Origin: Anaerovibrio sp.
GTDB taxonomy: Bacteria > Bacillota > Negativicutes > Selenomonadales > Selenomonadaceae
DNA: 63,224 bases
Direction of reading: 5' to 3'
Assembly: GCA_052272885.1 (NCBI GenBank)
Contig: DAVZJH010000001.1
Coordinates: forward strand, 1-63,224
In this document: piece after piece, positions 1 to 10,830 of the stretch
Position numbering within the stretch: the stretch's first letter is position 1
Layout: each line of letters starts with the position of its first letter
Program-made: the position numbers and the translations under genes
Notes under the pieces: model-generated
Told to the model about the DNA's origin: nothing
The model's input: the letters and a program-made list of their open reading frames with translations, nothing else
Databases searched by the model: none

Positions 1-54
1 ATAGTGTATAATAAATAAGTTAAGATTTAATATATCCATTATGGAGGAAGTAAT

Positions 55-1551
55 ATGGCAAAAACATTGGCAGAATTGGCCGCTTTGGTAGAAGGGGCTG
101 TTATTAATGGCGATAAGGATTTGACCATTGAAGATATTGAGCATGATTCCAGAAAAATAACTCAGGGTGCTCTTTTTGTCTGCATGGAGGGAGTTCATGT
201 AGATGGACATAAATTTATTCCTCAGGCCAAGGAAAAAGGCGGGGTGGCTATTATAACCCAGCGGAAGCTGCAGCCAGAGGAGGCTGAGGGTTTAGCTGTG
301 CTGCAGGTGCCAGATTTGAAAAAGGCCTTGCAGGTTGTGGTGCCATTTTTTCATGATTATCCAGCTCGCAGCATGAGAGTTATTGGTATTACCGGTACTA
401 ACGGCAAAACCTCCATCAGCTATATGGTACGAGCTATGCTGCGCCGTATGGGCTGTCGTGTAGGCTTAATAGGTACTATTCAGATTATGATTGAGGATCA
501 GGTATTGCCTATTCATAATACTACTCCTGATGTGGTGGATTTGCAGCGTACGCTGGCTATGATGCGGGAAGCCAATATGGATTATGTGGTTATGGAGGTT
601 TCCAGTCACGCCCTAGACCAGAATCGGGTAGCCGGGATTGAATTTGACACAGCTGTCTTTACCAATCTTACTCAGGATCATTTGGATTATCACAAAACCT
701 TGGAAAATTACAAAAAGGCCAAGACCATTCTCTTTGATCTGGTTTCTCAGCCGGGTATCAAAAATGGCAAAACCGCTGTGGTGAACATTGATGATGGGGC
801 TGGACAGGATATGCTGGCCCACAGCAAATGCCGCCATATTACCTATGCCATTAACAGGGAAGCAACCCTGCAGGCTGAAAACATACAGGTTTTGGCCAGT
901 GGTGCTCAGTTTGATATAAAGATTGGTGAAGGACATTTGCTATTGAAGCTGCAGATTACTGGTATCTTCAATGTTTATAATGTAATGGCAGCAGTAGGTG
1001 CAGCTTTGGCTGAAGGAGTACCTGGCCCTGTTATCAAGAGCTGTATGGAGGAATTTGCTTCTGTACCTGGTCGTTTTGAGCTGGTACGGGGAGGACAGGA
1101 TTTTGCTGTTATTGTGGACTATGCTCATACTCCAGACGGCTTGGAGAACATTCTGGAAACTGCTAGACAGATAGCCAAAAAGCGAATTATTACTGTATTT
1201 GGCTGTGGTGGAGATAGAGACAATACCAAACGGCCTATTATGGGACGGATTGCAGCCAAAATGTCTGATTATGTGGTGGCTACCTCCGATAATCCTCGTA
1301 GTGAGGATCCTCAGAGGATTCTTGATATGGTTAAGGCTGGGGTAGAGGAAGCCATTGGCAGCAAGCCTCATGAATATATTATTGACCGTCGTCAGGCTGT
1401 TTTTAGAGCCGTGGAGCTGGCTGAAAAGGACGATATTGTGATTATTGCCGGCAAGGGCCATGAGAATTATCAGATTCTTCATGACAAGACCATTCATTTT
1501 GATGATAAGGAAGTAGCCCTAGAGGCTATTCAGTCCCGCAAAGGAGAGTAA
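55..1551 (+). CDS. murE: UDP-MurNAc-L-Ala-D-Glu:meso-DAP ligase
   Basis: Mur ligase motifs GITGTNGKTS, NTTPD, MEVSSH, NLTQDHLDYH, VDYAHTPD; DNPR motif indicates meso-DAP specificity; GGAGG RBS. Confidence 0.97.
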   Translation: MAKTLAELAALVEGAVINGDKDLTIEDIEHDSRKITQGALFVCMEGVHVDGHKFIPQAKEKGGVAIITQRKLQPEEAEGLAVLQVPDLKKALQVVVPFFHDYPARSMRVIGITGTNGKTSISYMVRAMLRRMGCRVGLIGTIQIMIEDQVLPIHNTTPDVVDLQRTLAMMREANMDYVVMEVSSHALDQNRVAGIEFDTAVFTNLTQDHLDYHKTLENYKKAKTILFDLVSQPGIKNGKTAVVNIDDGAGQDMLAHSKCRHITYAINREATLQAENIQVLASGAQFDIKIGEGHLLLKLQITGIFNVYNVMAAVGAALAEGVPGPVIKSCMEEFASVPGRFELVRGGQDFAVIVDYAHTPDGLENILETARQIAKKRIITVFGCGGDRDNTKRPIMGRIAAKMSDYVVATSDNPRSEDPQRILDMVKAGVEEAIGSKPHEYIIDRRQAVFRAVELAEKDDIVIIAGKGHENYQILHDKTIHFDDKEVALEAIQSRKGE

Positions 1552-1559
1552 GATATTTT

Positions 1560-2945
1560 ATGGCAGAATTTACTCTGACAGAGGTGCTGCAGGCCTTACC
1601 TCAGGCTAAGGTTCTCAAGCAACAGGGAGATAAATTTTATAATATTACCACCGATACTAGAAAGATTACTCCTGGAGCTCTGTTTGTGGCTCTAAAGGGA
1701 GAACGATTTAACGGTGAGGATTTTGCAGCCAAGGCTGTAGAGGCAGGAGCAGCTGGAGTGCTGGTTAGCTCTGCCTATCAGGGGCCTGTAGATTTGCCTG
1801 CCACAACTATTCAAGCTGTTAGTGATACTCAGCTGGCTTATCAGCAGCTAGCAGGCTTCTGGCGGCAGAAATTTCAGATTCCAGTGATTGCTATTACAGG
1901 CTCTAACGGCAAAACCACCACTAAGGATATGACAGCTTCTGTGCTGTCAGCCAAGTTCCCGGTATTAAAGACACAGGCTAATTTCAATAACGAAATAGGT
2001 TTGCCTTATACCTTGCTGCAGCTTAACGCTCTGCATCAGGCAGCAGTGGTGGAGATAGGCATGCGTGGCTTGAATCAGATTAGCGCTTTGGCTCCCTTTG
2101 CAGCACCTTCCATTGGGATTGTTACCAATGTAGGTGAAACCCATATTGAGCTTTTGGGCTCTATTGAGAATATTGCCAAGGCCAAGGCTGAGCTGGTAGA
2201 GGCTATTCCCTCTGGTGGTACTGTTATTTTGAATAATGACAATCCATATACAGCTGCCATGAGGGATAAGGCTGCCCAGGGAGTAAAAATAATTACCTTT
2301 GGTATTGATAAGGATGCTGATATTAAGGCTGACAATTTGGTAAGCAATGATAACAGCACCACATTTCAGTGTCGCATAGGGAATGATGGTCCTTTGTGTC
2401 AGATGATTATTCCTATGCTAGGCAAGCACAATGTATCCAATGCTTTGGCGGCAGTGGCAGCAGGCTATTGTCTGGGGTTGGAGCCTCAGGAGATAGCTAG
2501 AGGTCTGTCTGAGCTTCATATGACTGGTATGCGCTTTGAGTGCCGCAAGCTGGGAGATTACAATATTATTAATGATGCCTACAATGCTAGTCCTATGTCT
2601 ATGGAGGCTTCCTTGTCCACCCTCCGCGAGTTGACCGTGACCAAGGGAAAGCGGGCCATTGCTGTGCTGGGAGATATGCTGGAACTGGGCCATGTGGCTG
2701 TGGCTGCCCATCGCAAGGTAGGTCAGCAGGCTGCTGAGGCTGGGGTTTCCTGTGTTATTACCCTGGGAGAAATGGGACGAGAGATTGCAGCTGGAGCCAA
2801 GGAAGCAGGCCTGGAGCAGGTATATGCCTGCGATACTCATCAGCAGGCTGCTGATAGGTTGAAGGCTTTGTTGCAGCCAGGAGATACTGTACTCTTTAAG
2901 GGCTCTCGCGGTATGGCTATGGAGAAGATTATTGACCTTATCTGA
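1560..2945 (+). CDS. murF: UDP-MurNAc-tripeptide:D-Ala-D-Ala ligase
   Basis: ITGSNGKTTTK, NFNNEIGLP, INDAYNASP, GDMLELG, KGSRG motifs; follows murE. Confidence 0.97.
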   Translation: MAEFTLTEVLQALPQAKVLKQQGDKFYNITTDTRKITPGALFVALKGERFNGEDFAAKAVEAGAAGVLVSSAYQGPVDLPATTIQAVSDTQLAYQQLAGFWRQKFQIPVIAITGSNGKTTTKDMTASVLSAKFPVLKTQANFNNEIGLPYTLLQLNALHQAAVVEIGMRGLNQISALAPFAAPSIGIVTNVGETHIELLGSIENIAKAKAELVEAIPSGGTVILNNDNPYTAAMRDKAAQGVKIITFGIDKDADIKADNLVSNDNSTTFQCRIGNDGPLCQMIIPMLGKHNVSNALAAVAAGYCLGLEPQEIARGLSELHMTGMRFECRKLGDYNIINDAYNASPMSMEASLSTLRELTVTKGKRAIAVLGDMLELGHVAVAAHRKVGQQAAEAGVSCVITLGEMGREIAAGAKEAGLEQVYACDTHQQAADRLKALLQPGDTVLFKGSRGMAMEKIIDLI

Positions 2946-3004
2946 TTTCGTCAAAATAGGATAATGACGATTTTGGTTATAATGTAGGGAGGATTATAAA
3001 TTTT

Positions 3005-3958
3005 ATGGATACGTTTACCTATCCCTTGGCAGCGGTAATTCTGGCGGCTGGTTTAGTAACAGCAGCAGCACCTCGATTGATACCGGAGCTGCACAAGCTG
3101 AAATTTGGGCAGAGCATTAGAGAGGAAGGCCCTAAGAGCCATCAGGTCAAAAGTGGTACCCCTACTATGGGTGGTATAATGATTATTTTGTCCATAGCCA
3201 TTACGGTGCTGGTTATTTGCCCTCTTACTTTGGAGCTGGGCTTGGCACTGCTGATTATGCTGGGACATTTTGCGCTGGGCTTTTTGGATGATTATATCAA
3301 GGTAGTAAAGAAGCAGAATCTGGGCTTGAAGGCCAAGCAAAAGCTGTTGGGACAGATTATCATTGCCCTTTTGACAGCTTATTTTGCAGGTTTGCCTACA
3401 GATTTGTGGGTTCCCTTTGCTGGCAATATAGATTTGGGTTATGGTTTTTATGCTTTACTGCTATTTGTTCTGGTGGGAACCAGTAATGCAGTAAATCTTA
3501 CAGATGGATTAGATGGTTTGGCTTCTGGTACTGTTATAGCAGCCTCCTTAGCCTATATGATGATTTGTCTTTGGCTGGGCAAGCTGGAGCTGGCTGTATT
3601 CTGTGCTGCTATAGTAGGTGCTTGTTTGGGCTTTTTGAAATATAATTACCATCCAGCTAAGATATTTATGGGTGACACCGGTTCCTTGGCTTTGGGCGGT
3701 GCTTTGGCAGCCATTGGCATTCTTACACATACCGAGGTGCTGCTGGCCATTATTGGCATTATTTTTGTGTGTGAGGCCATGTCAGTTATTATACAGGTTA
3801 TCTCCTTTAAGACAACTGGCAAAAGGGTTTTCCTTATGAGTCCGATACACCATCACTTTGAGCTGAAGGGATGGTCAGAGACTAGAGTGGTAAGAACCTT
3901 TTGGTTGGTAGGCTTTCTAGGTGGTTTGGCAGGATTAATTCTTTTCAAGATAGGATAA
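3005..3958 (+). CDS. mraY: Phospho-MurNAc-pentapeptide transferase
   Basis: [42 protein letters not shown] motifs; multi-TM. Confidence 0.97.
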   Translation: MDTFTYPLAAVILAAGLVTAAAPRLIPELHKLKFGQSIREEGPKSHQVKSGTPTMGGIMIILSIAITVLVICPLTLELGLALLIMLGHFALGFLDDYIKVVKKQNLGLKAKQKLLGQIIIALLTAYFAGLPTDLWVPFAGNIDLGYGFYALLLFVLVGTSNAVNLTDGLDGLASGTVIAASLAYMMICLWLGKLELAVFCAAIVGACLGFLKYNYHPAKIFMGDTGSLALGGALAAIGILTHTEVLLAIIGIIFVCEAMSVIIQVISFKTTGKRVFLMSPIHHHFELKGWSETRVVRTFWLVGFLGGLAGLILFKIG

Positions 3959-3977
3959 GTAGAAAGGATCTGGCAAA

Positions 3978-5351
3978 ATGATGGATTTTTCTCATAAGAA
4001 TGTATTGGTTGTAGGTGTAGGTATTAGCGGCAACGCTGTAGCCAAGGTGGCAAAAATGCAGGGAGCAGATAAGGTTGTACTTAGCGATGCCAAGGCTGAG
4101 CAGGATTTGAAATGTGATTTAACCGATGTAAGAGCCGCTGGTGTGGAATTGGTTTTTGGACCTCAGGAAAACACTTTGCTGGACAATGTAGATATGGTTA
4201 TTCTGTCACCAGCTGTACCAGTACGGATTCCTTTGGTGCAGGAAGCATACAAAAGAGAGATTCCTGTTGTTAGCGAGGTACAGGTGGCCTATGAGTTGGC
4301 CAAATCTCCGATTCTTGCTGTTACTGGTACTAATGGCAAAACTACAACTGTTACCCTGCTGGGAGAATTGATGAAAACCAGATATCCTGATGCTGGTGTA
4401 GGTGGCAATATTGGTGTGCCTCTTTGTGAGGAGGCCTTGAAGGCTGGAGAGCACAGCTGCGTGGTGGCAGAGATTTCCAGCTATCAGATGGAGGCTACTA
4501 CCAAATTCCGTCCTCATGTGGCTGTGGTTTTGAATGTTACACCAGATCATGTGGTACGTCATGGCAGTCTGGAGGTTTATCAGCAGATGAAGGAGAAGAT
4601 GTTTGCTCAGCAGACATCAGAGGATTATCTGGTTTTGAACTATGATAATGACAAAACCAGAGATATGGCCAAGAGAGCCAAGGGACAGGTATTTTTCTTC
4701 AGCCGTTTGGAAAGGCTGGAGGAGGGCGCTTTCCTGCAGGATGGCTGGCTGACGATTCAATGGCAGGGACAGACCTGCCGTCTTTGCCGTGCAGACGAGC
4801 TGAAAATCAAGGGCGGCCATAATATAGAAAATGCCTTGGCCGCAGCTTCGGCAGCTTTTCTGGGTGGTGCCAGAATACCTAAGATTATTGAAGTCTTGAA
4901 GGAATTTGCCGGCGTAGAGCATCGCATTGAGCCTGTAGCTGTTATTGGCGGCGTAGCCTATTACAACGACTCCAAGGCTACCAACACTGATTCTGCCATT
5001 AAGGCTTTGGAAAGCTTTGATGGACATATTGTGCTGATTGCTGGCGGCGATGACAAAATGACAGATCTTACTGATTTCATGACCTTGGTCAAGGAACGGG
5101 TAGATGAGCTGATTCTGGTAGGTGATGCCTCAGCTCGCTTCAAGGAAAATGCTTTGAAGCTGGGGTATCCTGCAGAGCATATTCATGAGGTAGGCTACTC
5201 TATGGAGGAGGCTGTTAAGAAGGCTCATGCCATTGCAGGACCACCTCAGACCGTGCTTCTTTCTCCAGCCTGTGCCAGCTTCGATATGTATGATGGCTAT
5301 GAGGCCAGAGGACGGGACTTCAAGGCCTTGGTAAGGGCTCTGGAGAATTAA
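3978..5351 (+). CDS. murD: UDP-MurNAc-L-Ala:D-Glu ligase
   Basis: VTGTNGKTT, GGNIG, EISSYQ, YNDSKATN, LSPACASFD motifs. Confidence 0.97.
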   Translation: MMDFSHKNVLVVGVGISGNAVAKVAKMQGADKVVLSDAKAEQDLKCDLTDVRAAGVELVFGPQENTLLDNVDMVILSPAVPVRIPLVQEAYKREIPVVSEVQVAYELAKSPILAVTGTNGKTTTVTLLGELMKTRYPDAGVGGNIGVPLCEEALKAGEHSCVVAEISSYQMEATTKFRPHVAVVLNVTPDHVVRHGSLEVYQQMKEKMFAQQTSEDYLVLNYDNDKTRDMAKRAKGQVFFFSRLERLEEGAFLQDGWLTIQWQGQTCRLCRADELKIKGGHNIENALAAASAAFLGGARIPKIIEVLKEFAGVEHRIEPVAVIGGVAYYNDSKATNTDSAIKALESFDGHIVLIAGGDDKMTDLTDFMTLVKERVDELILVGDASARFKENALKLGYPAEHIHEVGYSMEEAVKKAHAIAGPPQTVLLSPACASFDMYDGYEARGRDFKALVRALEN

Positions 5352-5377
5352 GGTCACAATAAGCAAGAGGTAGGTTA

Positions 5378-6508
5378 TTGAAAGCTATGAAGATAATAGT
5401 TTCAGGTGGGGGAACTGGAGGACATATTTATCCAGCCCTTACCTTGATTCGTACATTACAACAAAAGGTAGATAAGCTGGAGGTGCTTTATGTAGGCACC
5501 CATGCTGGTCTGGAAGCAGATATTATTCCCAAGGAGGGTATCCCCTTTGCTACAGTAGATTTGCAAGGATTTAAGCGCAGCCTTAGTCCTGAAAACCTGC
5601 TTAGGGCGGCCAGGGCTATCAAGGGCGTGGGCAAGGCTATGGGAATTGTAAGGAAATTCCAGCCAGATGTGGTTGTGGGCACTGGAGGCTATGTATGTGG
5701 CCCGGTGTTAATGGCGGCCAGCCTGCTGGGAATACCATCCTTGATACAGGAGCAGAATGTTATTCCCGGCATTACCAATAAAATCCTTTCTAAATTTGTG
5801 AATAAGATAGCCACTGGCTATCAGGAAGCCAATGGAGCTTTTCCTGCTGACAAGGTGGTATTTACTGGCAATCCTATTCGCCAGGAGGTCATGGCACAGC
5901 GGCAGGAGGCTGATTATGAGGCCTTTGCTCTACGTCCAGACACCACAACTATTTTAGTATCTGGTGGCAGTCGTGGTGCTAGAACCATTAATCGTGCTAT
6001 GGTAGAGGTGTTGAAGCATTATGCAGGCCGTAGGGATGTGCAGATACTTCATGCCACTGGCAAGGGGGAATATGAGGATATTATAAGCAGAATCTCCGGG
6101 GCTGGACTAGATTTACAGCAGGCAGATAATATCAAGGTGAAGCCTTATCTCTACAATATGCCTCAGGCTATGGCCATAGCTGATTTAGCTATTTTCCGAG
6201 CAGGGGCTACAGGATTGGCAGAACTAACGGCCAAGGGAATACCAGCTATTCTGGTTCCCTATCCTTATGCAGCTGAAAATCATCAGGAACACAATGCCAG
6301 GGCTGTGGAAAAGGCTGGTGCTGCCAGAGTTATATTGAACAAGGATTTGACAGCCCAGGGAATTATTCAGGCTATTGATGATCTAATTGGCAAGCCTGAG
6401 AAATTACAGGCAATGGCAGAGGCCAGTGCCAAATTAGGCAGACCGGAGGCAGCAGATACCATTAGCGAGCTGATTATTGAACTGGCTCGTGGCAGGCAGA
6501 ACTGCTAG
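5378..6508 (+). CDS. murG: Lipid II GlcNAc transferase
   Basis: SGGGTGGHIYPA, GTGGYV, EQN, TGNPIR, GGSRGA motifs. Confidence 0.97.
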   Translation: MKAMKIIVSGGGTGGHIYPALTLIRTLQQKVDKLEVLYVGTHAGLEADIIPKEGIPFATVDLQGFKRSLSPENLLRAARAIKGVGKAMGIVRKFQPDVVVGTGGYVCGPVLMAASLLGIPSLIQEQNVIPGITNKILSKFVNKIATGYQEANGAFPADKVVFTGNPIRQEVMAQRQEADYEAFALRPDTTTILVSGGSRGARTINRAMVEVLKHYAGRRDVQILHATGKGEYEDIISRISGAGLDLQQADNIKVKPYLYNMPQAMAIADLAIFRAGATGLAELTAKGIPAILVPYPYAAENHQEHNARAVEKAGAARVILNKDLTAQGIIQAIDDLIGKPEKLQAMAEASAKLGRPEAADTISELIIELARGRQNC

Positions 6509-6555
6509 GAATGTTGACAAGCAAATAGTATATAGAGCAGAAGGGAAGATTTCTT

Positions 6556-7926
6556 TTGTTGACAGGACTGAAAAAAATACATTTTGTAGGTATTGGCGGA
6601 GCAGGAATGAGTGCTTTGGCCAAAATTTTGGCAGAGAAGGGCTACGAGGTTTCTGGCTCCGATGTTAAGGAATCAGCCATGACCCAGGTGTTGGCTAAAC
6701 TGGGGGCTAAGATATATATTGGTCAGAAAGCCGAAAATGTACAGGGGGCAGAGGCTATTGTGGTTTCTACTGCTATTCGGGATACCAATCCAGAGGTAGT
6801 AGAGGCAGCTCGTCTGGGATTGAAAAAGCTGCATCGCTCTGATGTAAACGCTTTCTTGATTAATAATTCCAAGGGCATCGCTGTAGCAGGTGCTCATGGC
6901 AAAACCACAACTACCTCCATGCTGGGGGTAGCCTTGGATTACGAGGGGGTATCTCCTAGCATTATCATTGGTGGCGAGGTAGATTATCTGGGCAGCAATG
7001 CTAGATTGGGTAAAAGTGATTATCTGGTATCTGAGGCTGATGAAAGTGACGGCACTTTCCTGAAATATTATCCTTATGTAGGCATTGTAACCAATGTAGA
7101 GGATGATCATTTGGATCATTATGGAACTATGGAGAATATTATCAAGGCCTTTACCCAGTTCTTGAACCAGGTGCATCCAGAGGGCTTTGGCGTAGTCTGC
7201 TTTGACAATGAGAACATTAGAAATATTGTCAAAAATGTAAAGACTAGATGTATTTCCTATGCCATTGACCATGAGGCGGATTATCAGGCTGTTAATATTC
7301 ATACCAATACAGATGGCACTGTTTTTGAGGTAGTTCGCAAGGGCGAGAATTTGGGACAGGTTTGCTTGCATGTGCCTGGCAGACATAATGTTTTGAATGC
7401 TATGGCTGCTATTGTTACCGGTGTGGAGCTGGGGCAGACTGTACCTGCTATGGCAGAGGGACTTTCTATGTTCCACGGAGCCAAGCGCCGTTTCCAGACT
7501 AAGGGGCGTATTAATGGCATTTGGATAGTAGATGATTATGCACATCATCCAACTGAGATTGCTACCACCTTGAAGGCGGCCCGTCAGACCAAGCCAGGTA
7601 GATTAATCTGTGCTTTCCAGCCTCATCGCTATAGCCGTACCCAGTTGTTACAGAAGGAATATGGCAGCTGCTTCAAGGAGGCAGATATTCTGATTTTGAC
7701 AGATGTTTATTCTGCGGGAGAAGATCCTATTCCTGGGATTGACGGTGAGCTGTTGGTAAAAGAGGTTGTGGAGCAGACTGGCAAGAAGCCTGTTTATATT
7801 CAGGATAAAAAGGAAATTGCTGGCTATTTGCAGTCCATTGCTCAGCCAGGGGATTTGATTATGACCATGGGCGCTGGGGATATTGTGAAATCTGGCGAGG
7901 AATTGGTTGAATTATTAAATAAATAA
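6556..7926 (+). CDS. murC: UDP-MurNAc:L-Ala ligase
   Basis: HFVGIGGAGMS, GAHGKTTT, EADESD, DDYAHHPTE, FQPHRYSRT motifs. Confidence 0.97.
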   Translation: MLTGLKKIHFVGIGGAGMSALAKILAEKGYEVSGSDVKESAMTQVLAKLGAKIYIGQKAENVQGAEAIVVSTAIRDTNPEVVEAARLGLKKLHRSDVNAFLINNSKGIAVAGAHGKTTTTSMLGVALDYEGVSPSIIIGGEVDYLGSNARLGKSDYLVSEADESDGTFLKYYPYVGIVTNVEDDHLDHYGTMENIIKAFTQFLNQVHPEGFGVVCFDNENIRNIVKNVKTRCISYAIDHEADYQAVNIHTNTDGTVFEVVRKGENLGQVCLHVPGRHNVLNAMAAIVTGVELGQTVPAMAEGLSMFHGAKRRFQTKGRINGIWIVDDYAHHPTEIATTLKAARQTKPGRLICAFQPHRYSRTQLLQKEYGSCFKEADILILTDVYSAGEDPIPGIDGELLVKEVVEQTGKKPVYIQDKKEIAGYLQSIAQPGDLIMTMGAGDIVKSGEELVELLNK

Positions 7927-7957
7927 TAAATTAGGGCTATATGGCAGGAGATATTTT

Positions 7958-8893
7958 ATGAAGAAGATAGTAGTTGTAATGGGGGGACCATCTACAGAGG
8001 CAGAGGTTTCTCGCCGCAGCGGCAAGGCTATTTTGAATGCCTTGCTGGAGAAGGGATATCAGGCAGAGGGCTTGGAGCTGGATCCACCTAATTTCCCGCA
8101 ACAGATAAAGGCTAGTGGAGCCGATTTTGTCTTTAATGCGCTTCACGGCAAATACGGCGAGGATGGCATCATTCAGGGCACTTTGGATATGATGGGCATT
8201 CCTTATACCAGCTCTGGAGTTATGGCGGCAGCTGTTACTATGGACAAGGTAGCTACCAAGAGATTTTTTATGGCTGAGGGGATTCCAACCCCTAGAGCTC
8301 ACACCTATTTCCGTTTTGAATACAGCAAACGGAATCTGGCTCAGGAGATTATTGAGGAATTTGGTGTACCAGTGGTAGTCAAGGCTTCCTCTCAGGGCTC
8401 CAGCATTGGCGTGGTAATTGTAGAGCAGCCAGAGAAGCTGGAGGCAGCCTTGGAGGAAGCTTTTAAGTATGACCATGAGATTCTGGTAGAGGAATTTATC
8501 AAAGGTCGGGAGCTGACAGTGGCAGTTTGGGGCAATGAAGAGCATCAGGAAGCTTTGCCTATTATTGAGATTACTACTGTTACTGGTCGCTATGATTATG
8601 AGACTAAATATAAGGCAGGAGCTTCTACCCATATTATTCCCGCACCTTTGCCAGCAGAGGTAAGCAAGGCTGTTGAGGATATAGCAATTCGAGCCTTTGC
8701 AGTGTGTGGCTGTGTAGGCATGGCTAGAGTGGACTTTATGCTGGATGAGCTGAATGAGCCTTATGCCATTGAAATCAATACAGTGCCAGGTATGACAGAA
8801 ACCTCTTTGGTGCCAGATGCAGGACGGGCTGCCGGGATTCAGTTCCCAGATTTGTGTGCCAAAATTTTGGCTATGGCAGGCTATCAGGACTAA
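7958..8893 (+). CDS. ddl: D-Ala-D-Ala ligase
   Basis: MGGPSTE, ALHGKYGEDG, GSSIG, EINTVPG; omega-loop YDYETKY is the Tyr type typical of D-Ala-D-Ala ligases. Confidence 0.95.
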   Translation: MKKIVVVMGGPSTEAEVSRRSGKAILNALLEKGYQAEGLELDPPNFPQQIKASGADFVFNALHGKYGEDGIIQGTLDMMGIPYTSSGVMAAAVTMDKVATKRFFMAEGIPTPRAHTYFRFEYSKRNLAQEIIEEFGVPVVVKASSQGSSIGVVIVEQPEKLEAALEEAFKYDHEILVEEFIKGRELTVAVWGNEEHQEALPIIEITTVTGRYDYETKYKAGASTHIIPAPLPAEVSKAVEDIAIRAFAVCGCVGMARVDFMLDELNEPYAIEINTVPGMTETSLVPDAGRAAGIQFPDLCAKILAMAGYQD

Positions 8894-8919
8894 ATCAATA
8901 AATACAAGGATGGATTAGC

Positions 8920-9648
8920 ATGGATGGACGCAAGCATAAGATTATCTCCCAAAGCTCTGTGGCAGTAATTCTCACCGGGCTAGTGGTGGTGCTTGGGGTA
9001 CTGGCCTGTGCCCTTTCGCCTATATTTGTCCTCAGAAATATTAATGTAAGTGGCTGTCGCTACGTGCAGCCTGAGGATGTTATTCGCATTGCCGGTGTTA
9101 GGACTGGCGAGAATCTCTTTCAGCTCCAAACTGACGAAATACGCAGAAATCTGGAGAAGGATTTGAGAATAGATCAGGCTTTGGTGCAAAGATCCTTTCC
9201 TAGTCAGTTGAATATAGAAATCAACGAGCGGGTGCCTTTGGCCTTTATAAAATGCGAATATGGCTATCTGGAGGCAGGGAAGGATGGTATTGTTTTGGAT
9301 GCCCATAGAACTCTGCGGCAGATGCCTGTGCCCATGATTAGTGGTGCCAGTGTGGCAGATTTATTTGTAGGTGATGCTATTGAGGATGAAAATATCAGAA
9401 AGGTTCTGAGCTTTTTATCCATGCTGGAGGATAGCAGTATTCAATCTCTGTCGGAGATAAATATTGCCAATCCTCAGGATGTTTTGCTTTATGCTGGCTC
9501 TGTTCAGATTCGTTTGGGAAGTCTGGAGCAGCTGCCGGACAAGGTAGATGTGACGATTAGTGTTCTTAAGGAATTGCAACAGACCAAGCATCCTATTGAA
9601 TACGTTGATGCCAGATATGATGTATACTCAGTACGCCTGCGCCAATGA
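8920..9648 (+). CDS. ftsQ: Cell division protein FtsQ/DivIB
   Basis: N-terminal TM, POTRA-like segment (V.RSFPSQLNIEINER), C-terminal YVDAR; dcw position. Confidence 0.85.
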   Translation: MDGRKHKIISQSSVAVILTGLVVVLGVLACALSPIFVLRNINVSGCRYVQPEDVIRIAGVRTGENLFQLQTDEIRRNLEKDLRIDQALVQRSFPSQLNIEINERVPLAFIKCEYGYLEAGKDGIVLDAHRTLRQMPVPMISGASVADLFVGDAIEDENIRKVLSFLSMLEDSSIQSLSEINIANPQDVLLYAGSVQIRLGSLEQLPDKVDVTISVLKELQQTKHPIEYVDARYDVYSVRLRQ

Positions 9649-9701
9649 GTATATCTCCTGCCTAGGGTGGGAGAGCTTTTCGTAGAAAGGAGATATGGGA
9701 G

Positions 9702-10397
9702 ATGAGATTTGAGAAGGGCCGACTATCCATAGCCTGTGTCTGTATGGTTTTGGGTTTTATGCTGGCAATACAATTTCGTACTACACAGGACATTAAGGAT
9801 AATAGACCGCTGCAGCGTATAGAGGTTTTGACGGAAAAACTGCAGAAGCTGGAGAGTGAAAATCAATCCCTGCAGGATGAGCTGAATGATATTCGCAATA
9901 GCTCCGGCGAAGAGCATAGCCAGAAAATGGCTCAGGATATTGTGCTGCTTTCTGGCACCACCGCTGTAGAGGGGCCGGGAATTGTGATTATCATTGATGA
10001 CAGCTCCCAGAAAAGCACAGCAGGGGAGGATCTGAATCTTTATCTGGTGCATGATGAGGATTTGCTTAAGGTTATTAATGAGCTGAGGGCAGCAGGGGCA
10101 GAGGCTATTTCCATTAATGGACAAAGACTCATAGCCACCTCAGAAATAAGATGTGCTGGACCTACGGTTTCTGTGAATAATGTGCGGTCAGCACCTCCCT
10201 TTGAAATTCGCGCTATTGGCAGCATTCATGATTTGGAAAATGCCATCAATATGCGAGGAGGCGTGGCAGATAACCTAAAGGTTTGGGGAATCAATATGAC
10301 GCTGCAAAGCTCCAATAATGTCTGGATTCCGGCCTATAAGAATCCAATAAGCTATAAGTATGCAGCCAAATCGGCTAAACAGGAGGAAGGAAAATGA
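9702..10397 (+). CDS. DUF881 family protein (YlxX/YlxW-like)
   Basis: TM plus coiled coil plus GPGI, VHDEDLLKVINELRAAGAEAISINGQR, PPFEIRAIG; typical position between divIB and sbp. Confidence 0.9.
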   Translation: MRFEKGRLSIACVCMVLGFMLAIQFRTTQDIKDNRPLQRIEVLTEKLQKLESENQSLQDELNDIRNSSGEEHSQKMAQDIVLLSGTTAVEGPGIVIIIDDSSQKSTAGEDLNLYLVHDEDLLKVINELRAAGAEAISINGQRLIATSEIRCAGPTVSVNNVRSAPPFEIRAIGSIHDLENAINMRGGVADNLKVWGINMTLQSSNNVWIPAYKNPISYKYAAKSAKQEEGK

Positions 10398-10727
10398 TTC
10401 TGGCAATTGGTGGTCTGGCCTTGGGGCTGGCTCTGGGCTTTTTGGTGCCATGGAGCATTCCAGTGGCCTATTCCAAGCTTTTTTTCCATTGCCCTTTTAG
10501 CCTCCTTGGATTCCGTTTTTGGTGGTCTTAGGGCTGCGGGTGAAGGAAATTTTGATGATAAGATTTTTATCTCTGGTTTTTTTTCTAATGCCTTGTTGGC
10601 AGCATTTCTTGTTTATGTAGGCGATCATCTGGGAATAGATTTGTATTATGTGGCTCTTTTGGCATTGGGATTTAGAATTTTCAATAATTTGGGACGGATT
10701 CGCCAATATCTGTTGAAAAAGCATTAA
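10394..10727 (+). pseudogene. sbp: Small basic protein Sbp (DUF1290), split by a +1 frameshift in a T7 run (real lesion or sequencing error)
   Basis: ATG 10394 overlaps DUF881 stop (ATGA) and reads MILAIGGLALGLALGFLVPWSIPVAYSKLF; family-typical SIALLASLDSVFGG continues in another frame after T7 at 10479-10485; removing one T gives 110 aa. Confidence 0.85.
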
Positions 10728-10735
10728 ATTTTTTA

Positions 10736-10764
10736 TAGCACAATTACAGGAATAATGATATAAT
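10736..10764 (+). promoter_or_regulatory. Putative sigma70 promoter for ftsZ
   Basis: TAGCAC-17-TATAAT with extended -10 TG. Confidence 0.5.
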
Positions 10765-10830
10765 GTTAGAATGTAATAGGTGGAATATAAAATATTGAAA
10801 TAAATGGTGCTGGTATGTGGAGGAATTTTT

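Noticed and set aside
10407..10727. ORF-track 106-aa protein starting MVVWPWGWLW
   Set aside because: The N-terminus is an out-of-frame artefact of the T7 frameshift; the true start is 10394.
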